Origin: Lingula anatina
Taxonomy: Eukaryota; Animalia; Brachiopoda
Assembly: GCA_051362555.1 (NCBI GenBank)
Contig: CM120648.1
Span: 8,552,587 to 8,616,586, forward strand
DNA length: 64,000 nt
Direction: 5' to 3'
Notes under the pieces: generated by a model
The model's input: only the letters and a program-made list of their open reading frames with translations
The model's database searches: none
Told to the model about the DNA's origin: nothing
Program-made: the position numbers and the translations under genes
Shown here: piece by piece, positions 35,525-50,042 of the stretch
Position numbering within the stretch: the first letter of the stretch is position 1
How the letters are laid out: each line of letters opens with the position of its first letter

Positions 35525-36304
35525 ATTATTTCCTATTGTGGTATATATTTCCTTCAAATTTTCGTGTCCATATTTCGGAAGATGGGATTGAAAATTCTAT
35601 TCCTTTATTTCATATAAAACCCAAGCAGAGAAGTTTTTAATTCATCTATTTTATGGAATAAATCTCAGTTCTTTCTTTTTTGAATTGTAAACATTCCACG
35701 GTCCTATGAACGATTTGTTAACCCATGAAAGTCATGACATTAACCTTCTCTTTAGCGGAGATAATCTAGTAGAATGGTGTCAAACTAAGGAAACTTATGC
35801 TCATGATCTCAACGGTCTTTAACATACCAATACCTGAATGGTAAGTGTGGTTTTAAAAAAGCAAGACAATACGAGCTACGTTGAATTACACCTGCATTTT
35901 GCAATGTTTTTAATATTTGCATTTACAAACTGTCATGTTGTTAGTAACGAATCTACTTATATTGATAAAATTTAAACCCGTCTAAACCATTTATTTTCAT
36001 TCATAAGTTTAAGTTGCCCTTTGGTTCGTTAGACCCAATTTTACGTTAAATGATATTTGTTCTTGCCCGCCGTTCGTGAGAAGTGTTCCCATTCTCTGAC
36101 AGTAGTTGCCATACAACTTTTCAGACAAATGTGAAACGGTTTCGGGCCAAGGTACACAAGGTTTGGTAAACCTTGGGGTCGATTATCGAGACCCCCCCAC
36201 CACCACCACCACCACCTGCAGCTGATGGTCAAGGTCAAACCAAACCCATGTCCATCGTTTAACCTATTTAACCAATATGTCACCTATGCCTTAACTGACG
36301 CTAA

Positions 36305-36715
36305 TGTAAATAAAAAAGACTTGAATTTTCCTCAACTTACAGTCACACGTTAAACAATATTAACTCTCAAACGTCTTAATTTTGACAATAAAGTAAATAA
36401 GATGATTCGACTTTACATCAACTTATTGTCAGATGTCCAACACTGCCAGCTCTAAAAAGTCTCCAATCTGACAAAAATGAATAAGACAAATTGGATTTAC
36501 TTCAACTTATTGTTAGGCGTCCAATATTTTCAGCTCTCAAAAGTCATAAATGTGAAAATAAAGTAAATAAATTCATTTGAATTTACCTCAACTTACAGAC
36601 GGACGTCCTACACTGCCCTCTCTCAAAAGTCATAAATGTGACAAAAAAGTGAATGAAATGGCTTGAATTTACCTCAACTTATACTCAGCCGTCCAACATT
36701 GTCAGCTCTCAAAAT
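36305..36715. repeat. Diverged ~86-bp minisatellite, about 4.7 copies
   Basis: Anchor tcaactta at 36332, 36418, 36502, 36588 and 36674, with shared gtccaa..cagctctcaaaagtc..tgacaa blocks. Confidence 0.85.
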
Positions 36716-38799
36716 AAAATCCCCGTTGGAAGAAGATGAAGCAAAGTCGTAAACGCTTATGAACATTCAATGTTGATGAGGCCAGGAAAACATAACATAG
36801 AGTCTATGGCGCTGTCTGTCACTTACGGCTAATTCCACCCTGGCGTGGTTTATATTTTCTCATAGCTTAATGACGATCGATATTCTGAAACAACCACTGT
36901 GTATTAATATGCGGCTTTCCGTATTTTTCCGCCTATTAACTGTTGCACAAATCCCATGTTAAGATCATCGCTTTGATGTTTAAAGCTAATCATGTCTGTC
37001 TGCCATTCTCTTACGCGTGTTTGAGACATCAGCGAGACTCTTACAGTAAGATTGAGTTGCAGTCACACCTAATATAATGTTGATCGAGCAGCGAGCAGGA
37101 CATACAGCGTTTTATTTACCTTTACGTCGTGTAATGTTGGGGTACATACATGTATACCGGGCCAACATGTACCGTTATTATATCTGAGCTTGAATTTGAG
37201 TTTGAGCCCATTTTTTGGAATGTCTCAGACAACACAAAGCTAGGAGGTGATTTCACTGGTGCTAAAGTTTGCTATGTTAGGAGAAAACTGGCCGACTGCC
37301 TTAAATTACACGTGTTCTGCCTGTTGGCGAATACGCATTGGATCAAATTACGTCTGATAAGCTTTACACGAACCAACTGTATTCATCCAATGTATTTTTC
37401 TCGATTTATGTCGCAATCACCATTAACCAAAATATCTGATATATATTGGAACCGACACAGTATTCATACAACCAATGATGATATTGGAAATGTTGCATGG
37501 CGCCGACCGGCTCAAATCCTGAACCACTGTTGGCTTCAAAGGGCAATTGCCATTCGTCTGAACTAATTGCTGATCGCAAATTGCGCTCTAAAGACAAGGA
37601 TTGATAACGGTGAGGTGACAGAACTATTTAACCAAGTAGAAAGTTATTTTATTCCATTCAGATTTGATAACAAGATACCAATGGCCCAATACTGGTTCCA
37701 AACCGACATACGGCTAATAAATCGGTCAATTAATCTTTCTGGCGTGCATGGAAAAGTGGTTTTCGACAGAGTCCGATGAAAAATCGGTTTTCAGAATCAA
37801 TTACGCAACTCACCAACCCCATCAGTCACGTAACTGTGATACCGTTACCAAGCTTTACGTTCGCTTTGAAGCGGTCTAAAATGCACGCAATGTCTTTGAG
37901 TACAATGCCCACTAAATCCAGCCATGGTTCCCAATGACTGATATGTGATCATCCATTCTGAAGATTATCGAGCTCAACGGTCGATTAGACGTCAATGTGT
38001 GTTGTTCTTGTGATGTGCACTTACGGGTTGACATTTCCCATTAACTGACAAAAAAGTTGCGGACGTGAAGGCTCGGAGTGATTAATGGGACTTTTTGTTG
38101 TCCCGGGAACCGGAGAATAAAGTCCATCCTTTTTTATCAAAAACGCCTGTTAATGGCTTTATCCCTCGTTTTAATGCGCCACTTCAAAAAACCTTTAATT
38201 CGTCCATTTCTCTACACGCCAATATATTTAATTACCTGATATCCAAATAACCAACATTTATGCTTCTCTGAAATTCAATTCGTAGCATAAGCTGCGCGAT
38301 AAATCGTAAAATGAGTAGGCCTATATCTTCAAAGGCGCATCTGTATGTTAAGTTTGTCGCATGTAAAAACTTTTACTTTTACTGCCATCACATCTGCAGA
38401 TGGACAAAAATGCAAACTGCTTGCATCCATATAATCCCAAATGACTTCATAATTGCGAGTGTTTTAATTTGCTGGTGAACACAATCAGAATACACTACCA
38501 GGTACATTGATATTGCGTGACGGACGTTCTATGTAATTTATCAGTCTTAAAAAGCACAACCAGTTTACGAACACGTTTCTCTCCTGCTACAATTCGTGCT
38601 TTCAGCTACATTATGCAATTTTTCCACTGATAAGCGTTGTCATGTGAAAACTTGTTTTGAACTCACATAATTAGGTAAACGAAATATAAATGGTATACAT
38701 ACATCGTTTTTAAAGTTTTCAAGGAAGATCAGTACGGAGTTATACACAGCTTTTACATGAACCAAAACACGTTAGGTCCATCATCAACATCATCACCAC

Positions 38800-38800
<1 letters not shown>

Positions 38801-38845
<45 letters not shown>

Positions 38846-38860
38846 ACTATTATTATTATT
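38801..38860. repeat. (ATT)n microsatellite; (AAT)n at 19791-19836 and 44977-45020; (AAAT)n at 45462-45510 and 48178-48215; (ATTT)n at 58687-58728
   Basis: Directly visible. Confidence 0.9.
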
Positions 38861-41800
38861 TTATGTGTCCGAGCAGCAATGGCATAACATACAGTATATC
38901 TTAGGTGTCAGTAGTTAATGGCATTTCTGAGCCGAGAAAAAAAACCTTAATCCACTGATTGCATGTCACTGCATCCATACAGCATAGCGTGAAGTGGTAA
39001 TAAATTTTCAGTTCATTTAAAGAAGAAATTATTGATAGGGAGAAGACCTTTATGACTTAACCTTGTTGTTTGGATTGAGGAAATGAGGTTCTTTGGCACT
39101 GTGTCACACGTTTGAAGTGCAATTTGGCCAATTTGTTGCTTGATGATTTATTCTATTTTCGACATCAAACATTATATCTAGTTCTCCATCTTGATAGCAC
39201 CGTGGCTGATGGAAGGATGGAACGATCGAGCGATTTCAAATTGACGATAAAGGCTTAGGCTTCTTTTCACATCGAGGATTATAATTTGTTACTTTTTATT
39301 TCAGAACAGTCTCCACTCTTTGAGAGTTCCAGCACAGCAAATGAATCAACTTAACTAAATGGCCGAAGCGAATTTTTTGTGGACATCTTGCGAAAGGACG
39401 TAAAACCAACCACCTTTAGTACAGTTTACATCTTAGCCATAAGAGATACACATCGTATCCCGTAAAGATACACTCCATGAGATTTATATGCCAAAATGGA
39501 TTTTCCAGGGAAAATAAACAATTTTCACGTACTCACGAATCATTTATCTATCCCTCGCTGCACTTGGATTTGACCTTTGGTAAAATTCAAGGTTGATTTT
39601 AGTTTAAAATAACTGGCCATGCAGTCATTGTCAAAGTGACCATTTTCCTGTAAGCTCTATTGGAAAATAACAACATCGGGTACGCTCCAGAAAATATACT
39701 AAAGGGGGTTAGATAATTTTAAGGTGTATGTCAGGTTTTATAAGAAGCTGTGACTGGCAAAATTGAGCATTTTGGGGATTTTCAAACCCCTGGAATGCGC
39801 CTTTAAGTATACCGCTTGACGTGAAAGGGGGCTAAGCTAATAAACTTGAAAATCAATAAAAGAATGGATGGATAGATGAAAAAGGGATGAATAAAAAGGA
39901 CGAGATGACAGGAAAATGAAACCGATAATGAAATACGTGACTCGTGGGTGTGAAAGTCATAAAACCTCGAATTAAATGAAACACCAATTCGTCTCCCTCA
40001 GTCCCAGATTATTCCGCTGATACCGAGCTTACGTTATTCTGATCCCAGGGACATATTTTATTATATTATCAATTCCGGAAATGTTATGTCATGTCTTGGT
40101 AAATCAAATAACACTGCCGCTAATGTAGATGAAATTATATCACCGTCCTTTAAAATTATATCGCCCCATGTTGAACAACTGAACAAATGTAATTTGTCGT
40201 GCTCTTGACATTTTCTATTTTATATGTGATATATCTTATTTTATATTCTACTTTAATCAACAAAGAATACATGCTTTTGGCAAGAGCATAAAATCAATAC
40301 AGTATACAGCGTTAATCGTGCGTGAGTTGCTCGTTTATTTTGAAGGCATTAATTGTGTTTGTCAGTACTCGGTGGTGACCTGATTTCATCGCTAAATGTA
40401 CGAGTTTGTTCACAAATTTTGGTTCTTCGCAAACAGAAGCAAATTAAGTAACAAAAATCGGTTCTTTTTCGCATCTGTCCCATTTCCAGTGGTCTCAGTT
40501 ATAGAAATCACCAACACTGTAACACGTTAAATTTAGGAGTCAAAATAGAGCATGGATGTCGAAAAACGCATTGTATAACACATGGAACCGCATGCTGTCC
40601 CTTTCATTAACGAAGAAAAATGAACTGACACGCCTTGGTTACGAAAATCCATTGCAATCAGTGCCGGTGGTTGATTGCTTTATAACGTCGCCTAATTTTA
40701 GAATAGTAGCATATTGTTCTTATAGGCCTACAGATACCAATCGCTAATACGGTACTTGCAATACTGCTTATTCATATATTGTTGAATTCTATTACTGATA
40801 GTACAGTATAATGCAATCAACGCAACTCTGCGACGTTGCAGTCTTTTTAGACATCCAGAATTAATTAATACCCTCCTCAGTTACCTCACTCAGCCAGCCT
40901 TTCTCTCGCCAACATCATTGTTATCAACACAAACAGCAACATCACCGATGTCTTTTTCAACAGCATCAGCATTAAATTCCAACACCATCTTTATCATGTC
41001 CTTAATCATCAACAAAAGCATCAACAAGCACAGCGTCATATACAAAATGAACTTCGTCAAAAAAAAAAATCAAAATTATCATCATCATCATCATTATAAT
41101 CATCAAATCCATGGTCATCATTATAACTATCAACGACACCATTATCATCAACATCATTAACGCCATATATCTGATTACATTATGGTTGAAATGAACGACT
41201 CTGGTTTATTGCTTGACAACATGCAATAAACACATACAGAGTCCATGACAACACTCTTATCTAGTCTCGGTCTCAAACCTAAACCGGTTTGAAGAGTGGG
41301 AATGGTTCTTTTGCACATTTATCAATTGGTAAGTTGCTCTGCCATAATCATCATCATGATCATTAAGCGCTAATTTGATTCCTTATCACGATTTAAATGA
41401 ACGATCGAAAAGGCCATGTAATTGATAATAAATCTCTCAGGACCCAATGCTCTTTAATTCACCAAAGATCACACAGTCCAAATCAATAGAATGTGCGGTT
41501 AAGTGTTTCTTTTGTATTGCGGAAAAACAGTTTCCATTCGTGCGTACCGCATCAACTTGCTGTATGACTGCGGTTTCTAGTTTGAAGTGCTGTGGTTTTA
41601 AGGTTCCAAGATCAATTGTTTTTGACACTCCTGTTTGTACGAGTCTAAAATTGTGTGATTTCAAGGTCTGCTAAGTAGGAACATGTAGCTATTGAAGACT
41701 TATCAAATAAGATTATTTATTAGTAAGGCAAACGCTATTGAAGAATCCTTCAAAACGTTCTTCCTGAAGTGGTTTTGAATAAAATGATTGCAATATATAT

Positions 41801-43367
41801 ATATGAAAGTCAAACTCACGTTTTTCTTAGAGACAAAATTACGCACTCTCAAAGTTCGATGTTTCCCGGCAAGCACCAGCGATTACTGTAGACTAGATAT
41901 TTCTTCATGATGTCAAAACGCAAGTAAATCAAAACGCACACATCAAACGATAAAAATGCCTACTTTGTAACTGCCATGACAGCACTGGATGATGGCCATC
42001 AATCAATGTAAATAAATAAATAAATAAATATACCTTAACATTATACTGCAACTGCAAGATGTACGTTTAAAACACTATATATTGGAATCGCGTAATTAAT
42101 ATAGAATGTGTATCTAATTTTTAGGTTTGACTGACAGTACAGGTATATTTGGTGGTGTTTCATAAACAAGATGCAAAGGTGTATAATGTTGTATAATGTG
42201 GATACACAAGCGGGAACGCGGATCGCACATTAGGATTGTGTAGTAAATTATGCGACGTTTGAAGTCGAACGTTTGTTTGTACAGGTGTGATGTTCGCTAA
42301 ATAATAAGCCCACGTTTTACAAGATTCCATGTAAGACATAACATAAACTTCAGCGTCCATAACTAATATTTACAGATTACTGACTTTGGCAAAACGTGAC
42401 TGCTGTGCGTTATGATGTAGGTAATGGGCAAGTTTGTTTGCACAGTGGACAATGAATACTTTTTACAGTTGCGGCTGCCTGATTTCCAAGATCAGCGCTT
42501 CCAAGGTATAATGTTTATTATTCCCGGCAAAGCGTTTTGACGGCCATGTCCTATAAGCCAATATTAATATCACTCTCCTATAAGTAATGTTATTTTCAAA
42601 AATCAATGGGAAGAGAGAAAGGGAAGCAAGTGGCATTATAACTTCCTTTTCCTAAATTCACGGATGTACGTCAAAATGTTACGAAAGCCTCTTTTTCTTA
42701 TGATATCAAACAAAAACACGCTTGCTGTCTTGCACACTGCCAACAAATGCGATGTCATGGCTTTACAGGTAAGGTGTTCTTAACTTTGCCCATACGTTGA
42801 TTCTCAAAAAGAGACACATAACAAAATGATCAAGAGGAGCAACATATTTTCTCTGTATAATGCATGGGACATTTGATATGTTTTAACAAATGTCAGAATC
42901 TATGATATAACTCTAGTTGATAAAAATCTGTTAAAAAAGCTGATGCATATACGTGTTATATTCTTTGTTTTTCTGTATTTTTCTTCCCTTAAATTTAAGT
43001 TTAAAAAAACATGATAAGCTGTTTCACGTATCTACTTATATCTAGGTTTGTACTAATTGTAATTGTTCTATACTTTTCTCTAACCATAAAAATGGAAAAA
43101 TTCTCACGGATGCCACTGAGCTGAGAACTGACGCTGTAGTGATGACCTTTGAAGTTGGGGACGCTTTACATGAAATACAAAGTAATGACGTTAAGGCAAT
43201 GTAAATAATTAACAGGATGCTATGACAGGACAATATAATGCAAGAAATTAGGTATTCTGACAGGACAAGTTAAAGACTGAAGAGATGTGGCATTTATAAT
43301 AAAGGAAGAATGGCAAGATACCTCTCAATGGGAATGAAGGATTCCATTGTGTTTTCCAATGTGAATG

Positions 43368-43369
<2 letters not shown>

Positions 43370-43454
<85 letters not shown>

Positions 43455-43462
43455 GAGAGAGA
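43370..43462. repeat. Compound (CT)n(GT)n microsatellite; further (GT)/(GA) tracts at 48807-48866, 49025-49061, 49469-49506, 61634-61692 and 62422-62460
   Basis: Directly visible. Confidence 0.95.
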
Positions 43463-44974
43463 GTCGTATAATGCATTAGCGTAAAAAAGCTCAAAAATGT
43501 CAATATTGATTATTCTAATGTAATTCAACCCCATGTTTGTGAGAATGGAGGAAATAACAGTGAATACATTCCGTGATGGCTGTTGTTGCCTTGTTTGTCA
43601 TTATACCAATAAATCAAAAATTTATAATATTGATTGTTGATAAAACTGCCTGCTTACCCTGTAAATCAATATGAAAATTCTATCACTCGTATGTTTCCAG
43701 TAATTGGTGTAAAGTGAAAATGTATATCACCTTTATCATTGGTGTTTTTACTTTGCAGCAATGAGCCATATTCAATCCGCATCGCGCTTACTTAAGCCCC
43801 TGATGCAACTTGGCTTGGCCATTACTTGTAGAACGAATAGTGCCCACCCCCATCTTGCAAATTTGGGGCTTGACACTTTTTGACAGTCAAGATCAAGTTG
43901 GTACATCAGTGTTGATGAACGTAAATTTTTCACCTTTTTCTTTTATAACGTGTTTTTGAGAGTCGTCACAAGTGCGGTGTAACAGGAGCTAAAGGGAGTC
44001 TATTCAAAGTGCGTGTGTGCGCGCGCGCGCGTGTGTGTGTGTGTACGTATATGTGTGTATGTACGCGCGCGCGTGTGTGTGCGTGTGTGTGTTTGGAGGG
44101 GAGTGGTAACCATACAGAAAAAAATAGCTACGGTTCTGTGTCCATTATTGACGTGGTTGAAAATGGTGAAAAGGGGGTTAATTATATATATACTAGTAAG
44201 TCCTTCCGGTACTTTGCCAATACTCATAAATATAGAGTCCATTTCTTACTTTTTAAATTCGCTGATCCAAGATGCCAAATCACACCCTCTCTCTTTATGG
44301 CACGTAAAATGCGCAGTCATTCTAGATCTCCTAGCAACTGCAAACAAAGGTAATGTCACAGGGTACATTTGCAGTAACTTTCTTATTCATGATCACCCTT
44401 TCTCTCATATAACCTTCCATTCACTCACCCCTACGGGGGGCTCCAAGCTTTTGTCCTCACGGAAAAGGGGTCGTTAAAAAACCAATTTCCTGAGCTACTT
44501 CGCCCTATTAACACATATGAACATCACATAATAAACACTGGCTGGCAATTGCCGGCCATTCTTCCACCATGATCAGCTTCAATCTCATTAGGCAAATGGG
44601 CATTTCATGCCAAATAAGATTAGTTGGATGGGGACATTTTTTCCTCCAGTTATACCGGTTATTATTTGGCGGCTTTCTTCTAGTAATTATAAAACAGCAT
44701 CTTTCGAGATAGTCTAAAAAGAGGCCGATGGTAGAACGCGCTTGAAATAATAGGTGATTAGAAAAAGGGAAAGAATCCGCGTGGGGTGGGCTGAGCTTTT
44801 CAGCACTAAGGTTAAAGCACCATGTGACGGGGATAAACACAAAAGTGACAAACAAAACATGGCAGTTTCGTACTGTTGTGAAATAGACGTGTATATTTTA
44901 AAATAATGTGTCCTAGCACGTAAATTTTCATGTACCGTCCTTTCTTTTATTATATTTATTCATTTATTTATACT

Positions 44975-45021
<47 letters not shown>

Positions 45022-45463
45022 TTATATAAAACTCGCAAAATTTCATTTTAATATTGATGGGCTTTTCAAGCCGGGAGTCTTTTTATTTGTCATTTATTTG
45101 TTTATCTATTTATTTTTCAATGTATCTATTTCTGCGACGGGTTAATATGGCATTACGTGCTTCTAAACCTATCAACATTTTCAGCGTTTGATAATTAATA
45201 GATATACATCGTGCATCATACTGAAATAGCTCATGTCGTATTTAGTTTGAATTATGGTAAGTGGTTTGTAAAACAATGATAAATCTGCTATACACTTAGA
45301 CAGTTATCAAACAACTAAATCTAACCTATATATCCATACTTAGATTCTCAACGTAACAAAACTTATTCTACTGTAATAAATCTCATTCCATCGTATTTTG
45401 GCCATGTTACACATCCACAGTATACTCGTTGGCGCAAATATTGGAAAATGACTGGTACCGAAA

Positions 45464-45510
<47 letters not shown>

Positions 45511-48182
45511 AAACTACATTAAATAATATGACAAATATTTCATCACAGTGCTCTCTCGGTTGCCAGTGACATTATATTGTATATTCCCATCCACTGCCTA
45601 CTTTACCCAGTTGCTTCAGGTAGGTAATTGGAAATCTGTTTAGAAGTAACTGGGTCTTAATTTGCAGCTGTGATGGTAAAGATATTACTTCACCGCATAT
45701 TGTTTGCGCCAGCTGTTTTTGCTTTGTGTAAATTCCCCTTGGGGAATGGGATCCACCGACGCATAATGATGAAAAAACAAAAAAGCTGGGGCAGCCCATC
45801 GATTGAATACCACATTAACTGTTCACGTGCCAGAGTAGATCGGCTCAGATCATGTGGAAAATACAGATATACATTTACCGGAGATTCTTATTGAATTTCA
45901 CAGCAATAATGTTAACAGCTATATTTGGAAGTTCACAATATTCAGTATGGTAGAAGAAGGGATTTTAGAACGCCCACTCAAACGCGCTTGTGTAATTTAA
46001 GCAAAGCAATTGTGTCAGACAGAAAAGTGACATTTGCCTGTCTTCTGGATTACGTTGGAGATTATAACTTCGTATTAAAATTACGATGGAATATTGGAAC
46101 GCCCAAATACTCATGACGATTGCATGTGAAGAAATGTTTGATTCTGTTTTGTTATTGTTGATAATTGTTTTGGAAGGAACATATTCATGACTGTCAAAGG
46201 TTGTCGACGTAACGCCTCTGGTAAATTGGGATTTTATGCAATTGCTGCTTGGCGGAAATTGGTATTGCTTTTGCTAAATCAAGACCAAGGAAAGCGTCCA
46301 AAGAGTGCAATGTTATGATTTAAGAATACAGTGTAGTCAGATAATAAATGCACTGTATTTGAAAACATATGAAAAATGAAACCCATGATTACCCTTAAGT
46401 CTCTGCATGGACAAATATGAATAGAAGTGAGACCAAGTGTTAACCTCAGTTGACCGGTAATGATCTGCTGTTGTCTGCATTATAATCACCGTATTCAGTG
46501 TCCGTCTTCTATCATGAGTTTGGGTTTACATAATTTGAGATTAGGTTTGAAGATATATTTTATCCAAAATTTCCTTCAACGAATTCGCCATGACAAGAAT
46601 GGTAGTCCGCTAGGAAACGTATGTGTACATTACTTTGTACCAGTACAGATGACGTTCGTCCCATATACTAACCCCAATACTACGACCAACCCTAACCTAT
46701 ACTTATCATATAGGACCCCAGACTACCATTCTTAAGACTACCATTCCTGTCACCAAGGTTTACATATTTTTGCAGCGCCAAAGATGAGAAAGGAGCTGAA
46801 TTCTTACAATCAGAACATCGTTAAAGTACAGTATGTGCTATATCCGCCCTCAACATACACCCCGGCGTCATTCCCCGCGTTAAATTGGATAATCAGAAAA
46901 AGACACTTAGTCCCAGGAACCCATTATGATTTGATGAGGAGATACGAAATCTCTATAAATTCTGAGAATTCTGGCATGTGTCAATGTAAAAATGTGTCCA
47001 GAAGACTTATTATTTTACATTAGTAAAAACCTATGTCTTACAGGTTTAAGTGTTTCTACGATGTTTGTATATCTTATCGTGTGTCGAAGCATGTCCGGGA
47101 GCACGTCTCTGGATTTTCTAATAGTGCTGCGTTACACGGACGTCAAAATACCTTAAGGGAAAAAACAGCCCAGATTACCTTGGACCAGAGAGTTAAATCA
47201 CTTAGATTGACCAGGTTGTAATCCCAATGCACAAATGCCGTTTGTTGGAATCGAGACCAGTTTTTGTACTCGTGTTAAAATTCAGTTATCAGATCCGTCA
47301 CAAGTGAAATGTGAAAATGCTTCTCTTATTAATTGACAATGATGTTCTTTCTATTAAATTTCATTGGAGCTGTTGGTAGAGTGGATGGTGCAATCTGGAA
47401 CCTATATCAGGAAGGGATTGGTCTTACATGTATGTTTTCCACCTTAACTTTTAAAGCGCATTCAGAACACGGACTTACAGATCATCGGATCAAATATGGC
47501 GTTCCATTAAAAAGCTTGCCGCTTAATCCCCGATAAGATACTGAATAGATTCCCCGCAGGGATTACGCAACAAACATTCAAGTGGGTCGAACATATTTGA
47601 TCCTTGGAACTGTTAGTCAGCGGTTCTGGATGAGCTCTTAGTCTATACTGCTGTGCTTTATGTCTACCAATACACAAAGAGAAATTAAGAAGTAATTTAT
47701 ATCTCTTACAATACTTATTATTCCGTAAAATAATCCACGATTATATATCCAATACACATAAAATTATTTTCAAAAGAAATAAAAACTCTGTGCAATTTTG
47801 TCGAATCTAAATCATTAATATATTAATGCGAAAGAAACTTCTTATTTCAAACCGTGCTCGAATGTTCATTTATGTTACTAAGGCAACGAATCATTAGCGG
47901 ATCATTAGTATGCTGTCGACAGTCGCTCTTTATCGTTTTATCCGATGGTCCAATTAAGTACACCATATGTTGCAATGATTATACCAGAAAACTGTGTTAA
48001 TAATCACCTAATTGTGCAATGACACACAACGAGCATATAACTGTGTTTTAACAAGCATGGCGGTAATGCAACATTAATAATAATGGAATGTCATTTTATC
48101 TCAGCTTTATAGAAGACTCTCTGTACATTTATGGTGAATCCGGTTGCATACTACCTGTATCTAATAGCACGAACCACAATAA

Positions 48183-48218
<36 letters not shown>

Positions 48219-48805
48219 ACAAATTGCACAAGCTCCTTGATCACTTCGTACTGATATAGCTTTAATGATAACGTTATGAACACTGAACATACAGTAATGG
48301 GGTGGTGGGTCGGTGACTCCACACTCATCTCGCACAAAGATCATGATAAAAATCTCAATCTTTTAACAATCCACCACGGCTGAATACTTCACTGCGTTTA
48401 TTCAGTCACTTTGGTCAAATATACCACTGTTTCACCTGACTATTTACTCTACTCTTTCCCGCTAAGTATAAAATCAATACACGGGAAATCAGAACACGAA
48501 AGCATGGCAATGGGCTTATTTCAATATTCATCGATGCTATCCGCAGAAGTCATGGGTAGCCATGTGTAACAACATATTATTGGTAGTCCACTGATTGGCC
48601 CCTTGAAAATAACACTTGGATAGATGGGGGTATGGAAATCTATGTACAAGTATACGCTATCATGCTAGTTAAGTGTGAGGGTGGTATGGGTAATTGTTTT
48701 GGTGTTTACATTGGATGCCGATAACTCAAGTGCAGGATTCTTGGATCGAATGATAAAGGTGTACAGTACGTGTATATACTGGGTGATGTAATGACAAATA
48801 GCACT

Positions 48806-48870
<65 letters not shown>

Positions 48871-49022
48871 CGGACGCACGTGTGTACGCACGTGCGTGCG
48901 TGCGTGCGAATGTATGTATGTATTTTGTTATAAGCTCTGTGTACGCTTGTGTGTTTTTCTTGTGCATTGTTTATTAAATATTTATTTTGCCACACCGTAA
49001 TATACAGGTATAATAAACTGCC

Positions 49023-49063
<41 letters not shown>

Positions 49064-49466
49064 CAGAGAAAGAGAGAAAGAGAAAAAAGAAAGTGACGGT
49101 ACTAGTTATATCGCTGTGTTATGATACGCACGATTTGTTTATTTCTGCATGCAATATTTCATATTTGAAATGTGGCTGATACATGTATCACTGACAGTGT
49201 CCTCCTCCTTCACTTTAATTTCTCGTTGTTTTCCATTGGTCTCGCTCCAGTTTATATACATGTATATGACAAAACTATACCCGCACGTGTTGAACACACG
49301 TCAGTAATTGGCTATTTTAGGCCTACAGCACACCTCCATAGCGTAGAAGAAAGCGTGTCACATTATATGTGTTTTGTTCATGTTTGTAACGGTGTGCCTG
49401 TGGTTGTTTTAGAGCGCGTGCATGTGTGCGCCACAGGAGACTTGGGGTCGTGTGTGATTATCTTCC

Positions 49467-49510
<44 letters not shown>

Positions 49511-49831
49511 AGTGAGACGATGAGTGTGCGCGCATGCTGTGCCCGTACATGAAGCTCCTGGGCCTGCTGCTATATCAGTGAATGGGTCTTTACATGCTTC
49601 TGTGCATTTTCATGTGTGCAAACCATGAATAGTAAAATATCTTGAACACATGCTATCCATACCAAAAAATACGTTTTATAATATACCTCAACGCAAACTA
49701 GAGCCTCAAACTAGAATGTATAGCCGCTTATGACTACAATTCCAAGCACACACACACACACGCGCGCGCGCGCGCGGGCACACACACACACACAAACACA
49801 ATGCGACACTCCATTCACAATATCAACGTAC

Positions 49832-50042
49832 CTGGTTGTAGAAGCCTTGACTGCGCCATCTCGCCGACCATGGCGAGAATTATCAAGATCACCTGATGGA
49901 CGTAAAGAGTCTTGGCAAGCGTCCTTAGTGCTCCCATTCCAACGGCTGTCTTCGGTTGACTCTTTGTCAAACAGTGGTTCTGGCAATTCGGCAATAGCAC
50001 CATTGGTTTTCCTAGAGGTCTCTCCGTCTCACTGACGTTCAT
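49832..50042 (-). CDS. Candidate distal first coding exon with signal peptide (likely alternative 5' exon of the FNDC4/5-like gene)
   Basis: MNVSE...GMGALRTLAKTLYVHQVILIILAMVGEMAQS-RLLQP then G|gtacgt, a phase-1 donor. The ATG at 49937 has good Kozak context (ggaATGg). Preceded by ~1.7 kb of GC-elevated sequence without a long ORF (5'UTR-like). Confidence 0.5.

Noticed and set aside
37150-37779. 138-aa and 70-aa plus-strand ORFs
   Set aside because: No recognisable domain or convincing splice signals; consistent with chance ORFs or decayed repeats.
41437-41674. Possible minus-strand exon (TLKSHNFRLVQ...)
   Set aside because: Only open in phase 0, which does not fit the phase-1 FNDC gene; no homology recognised.
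44000-44477. ORFs of 80-154 aa rich in VC/TH/RA; similar ORFs at 43294-43534, 48665-49552 and 62310-62740
   Set aside because: Open frames produced by stop-free dinucleotide microsatellites.
49711-49986. 91-aa minus ORF (PEPLFDKEST...) as the coding frame of the distal exon
   Set aside because: No ATG start and an in-frame TGA ~45 nt upstream. The overlapping frame has ATGs, a signal peptide and a compatible donor phase.
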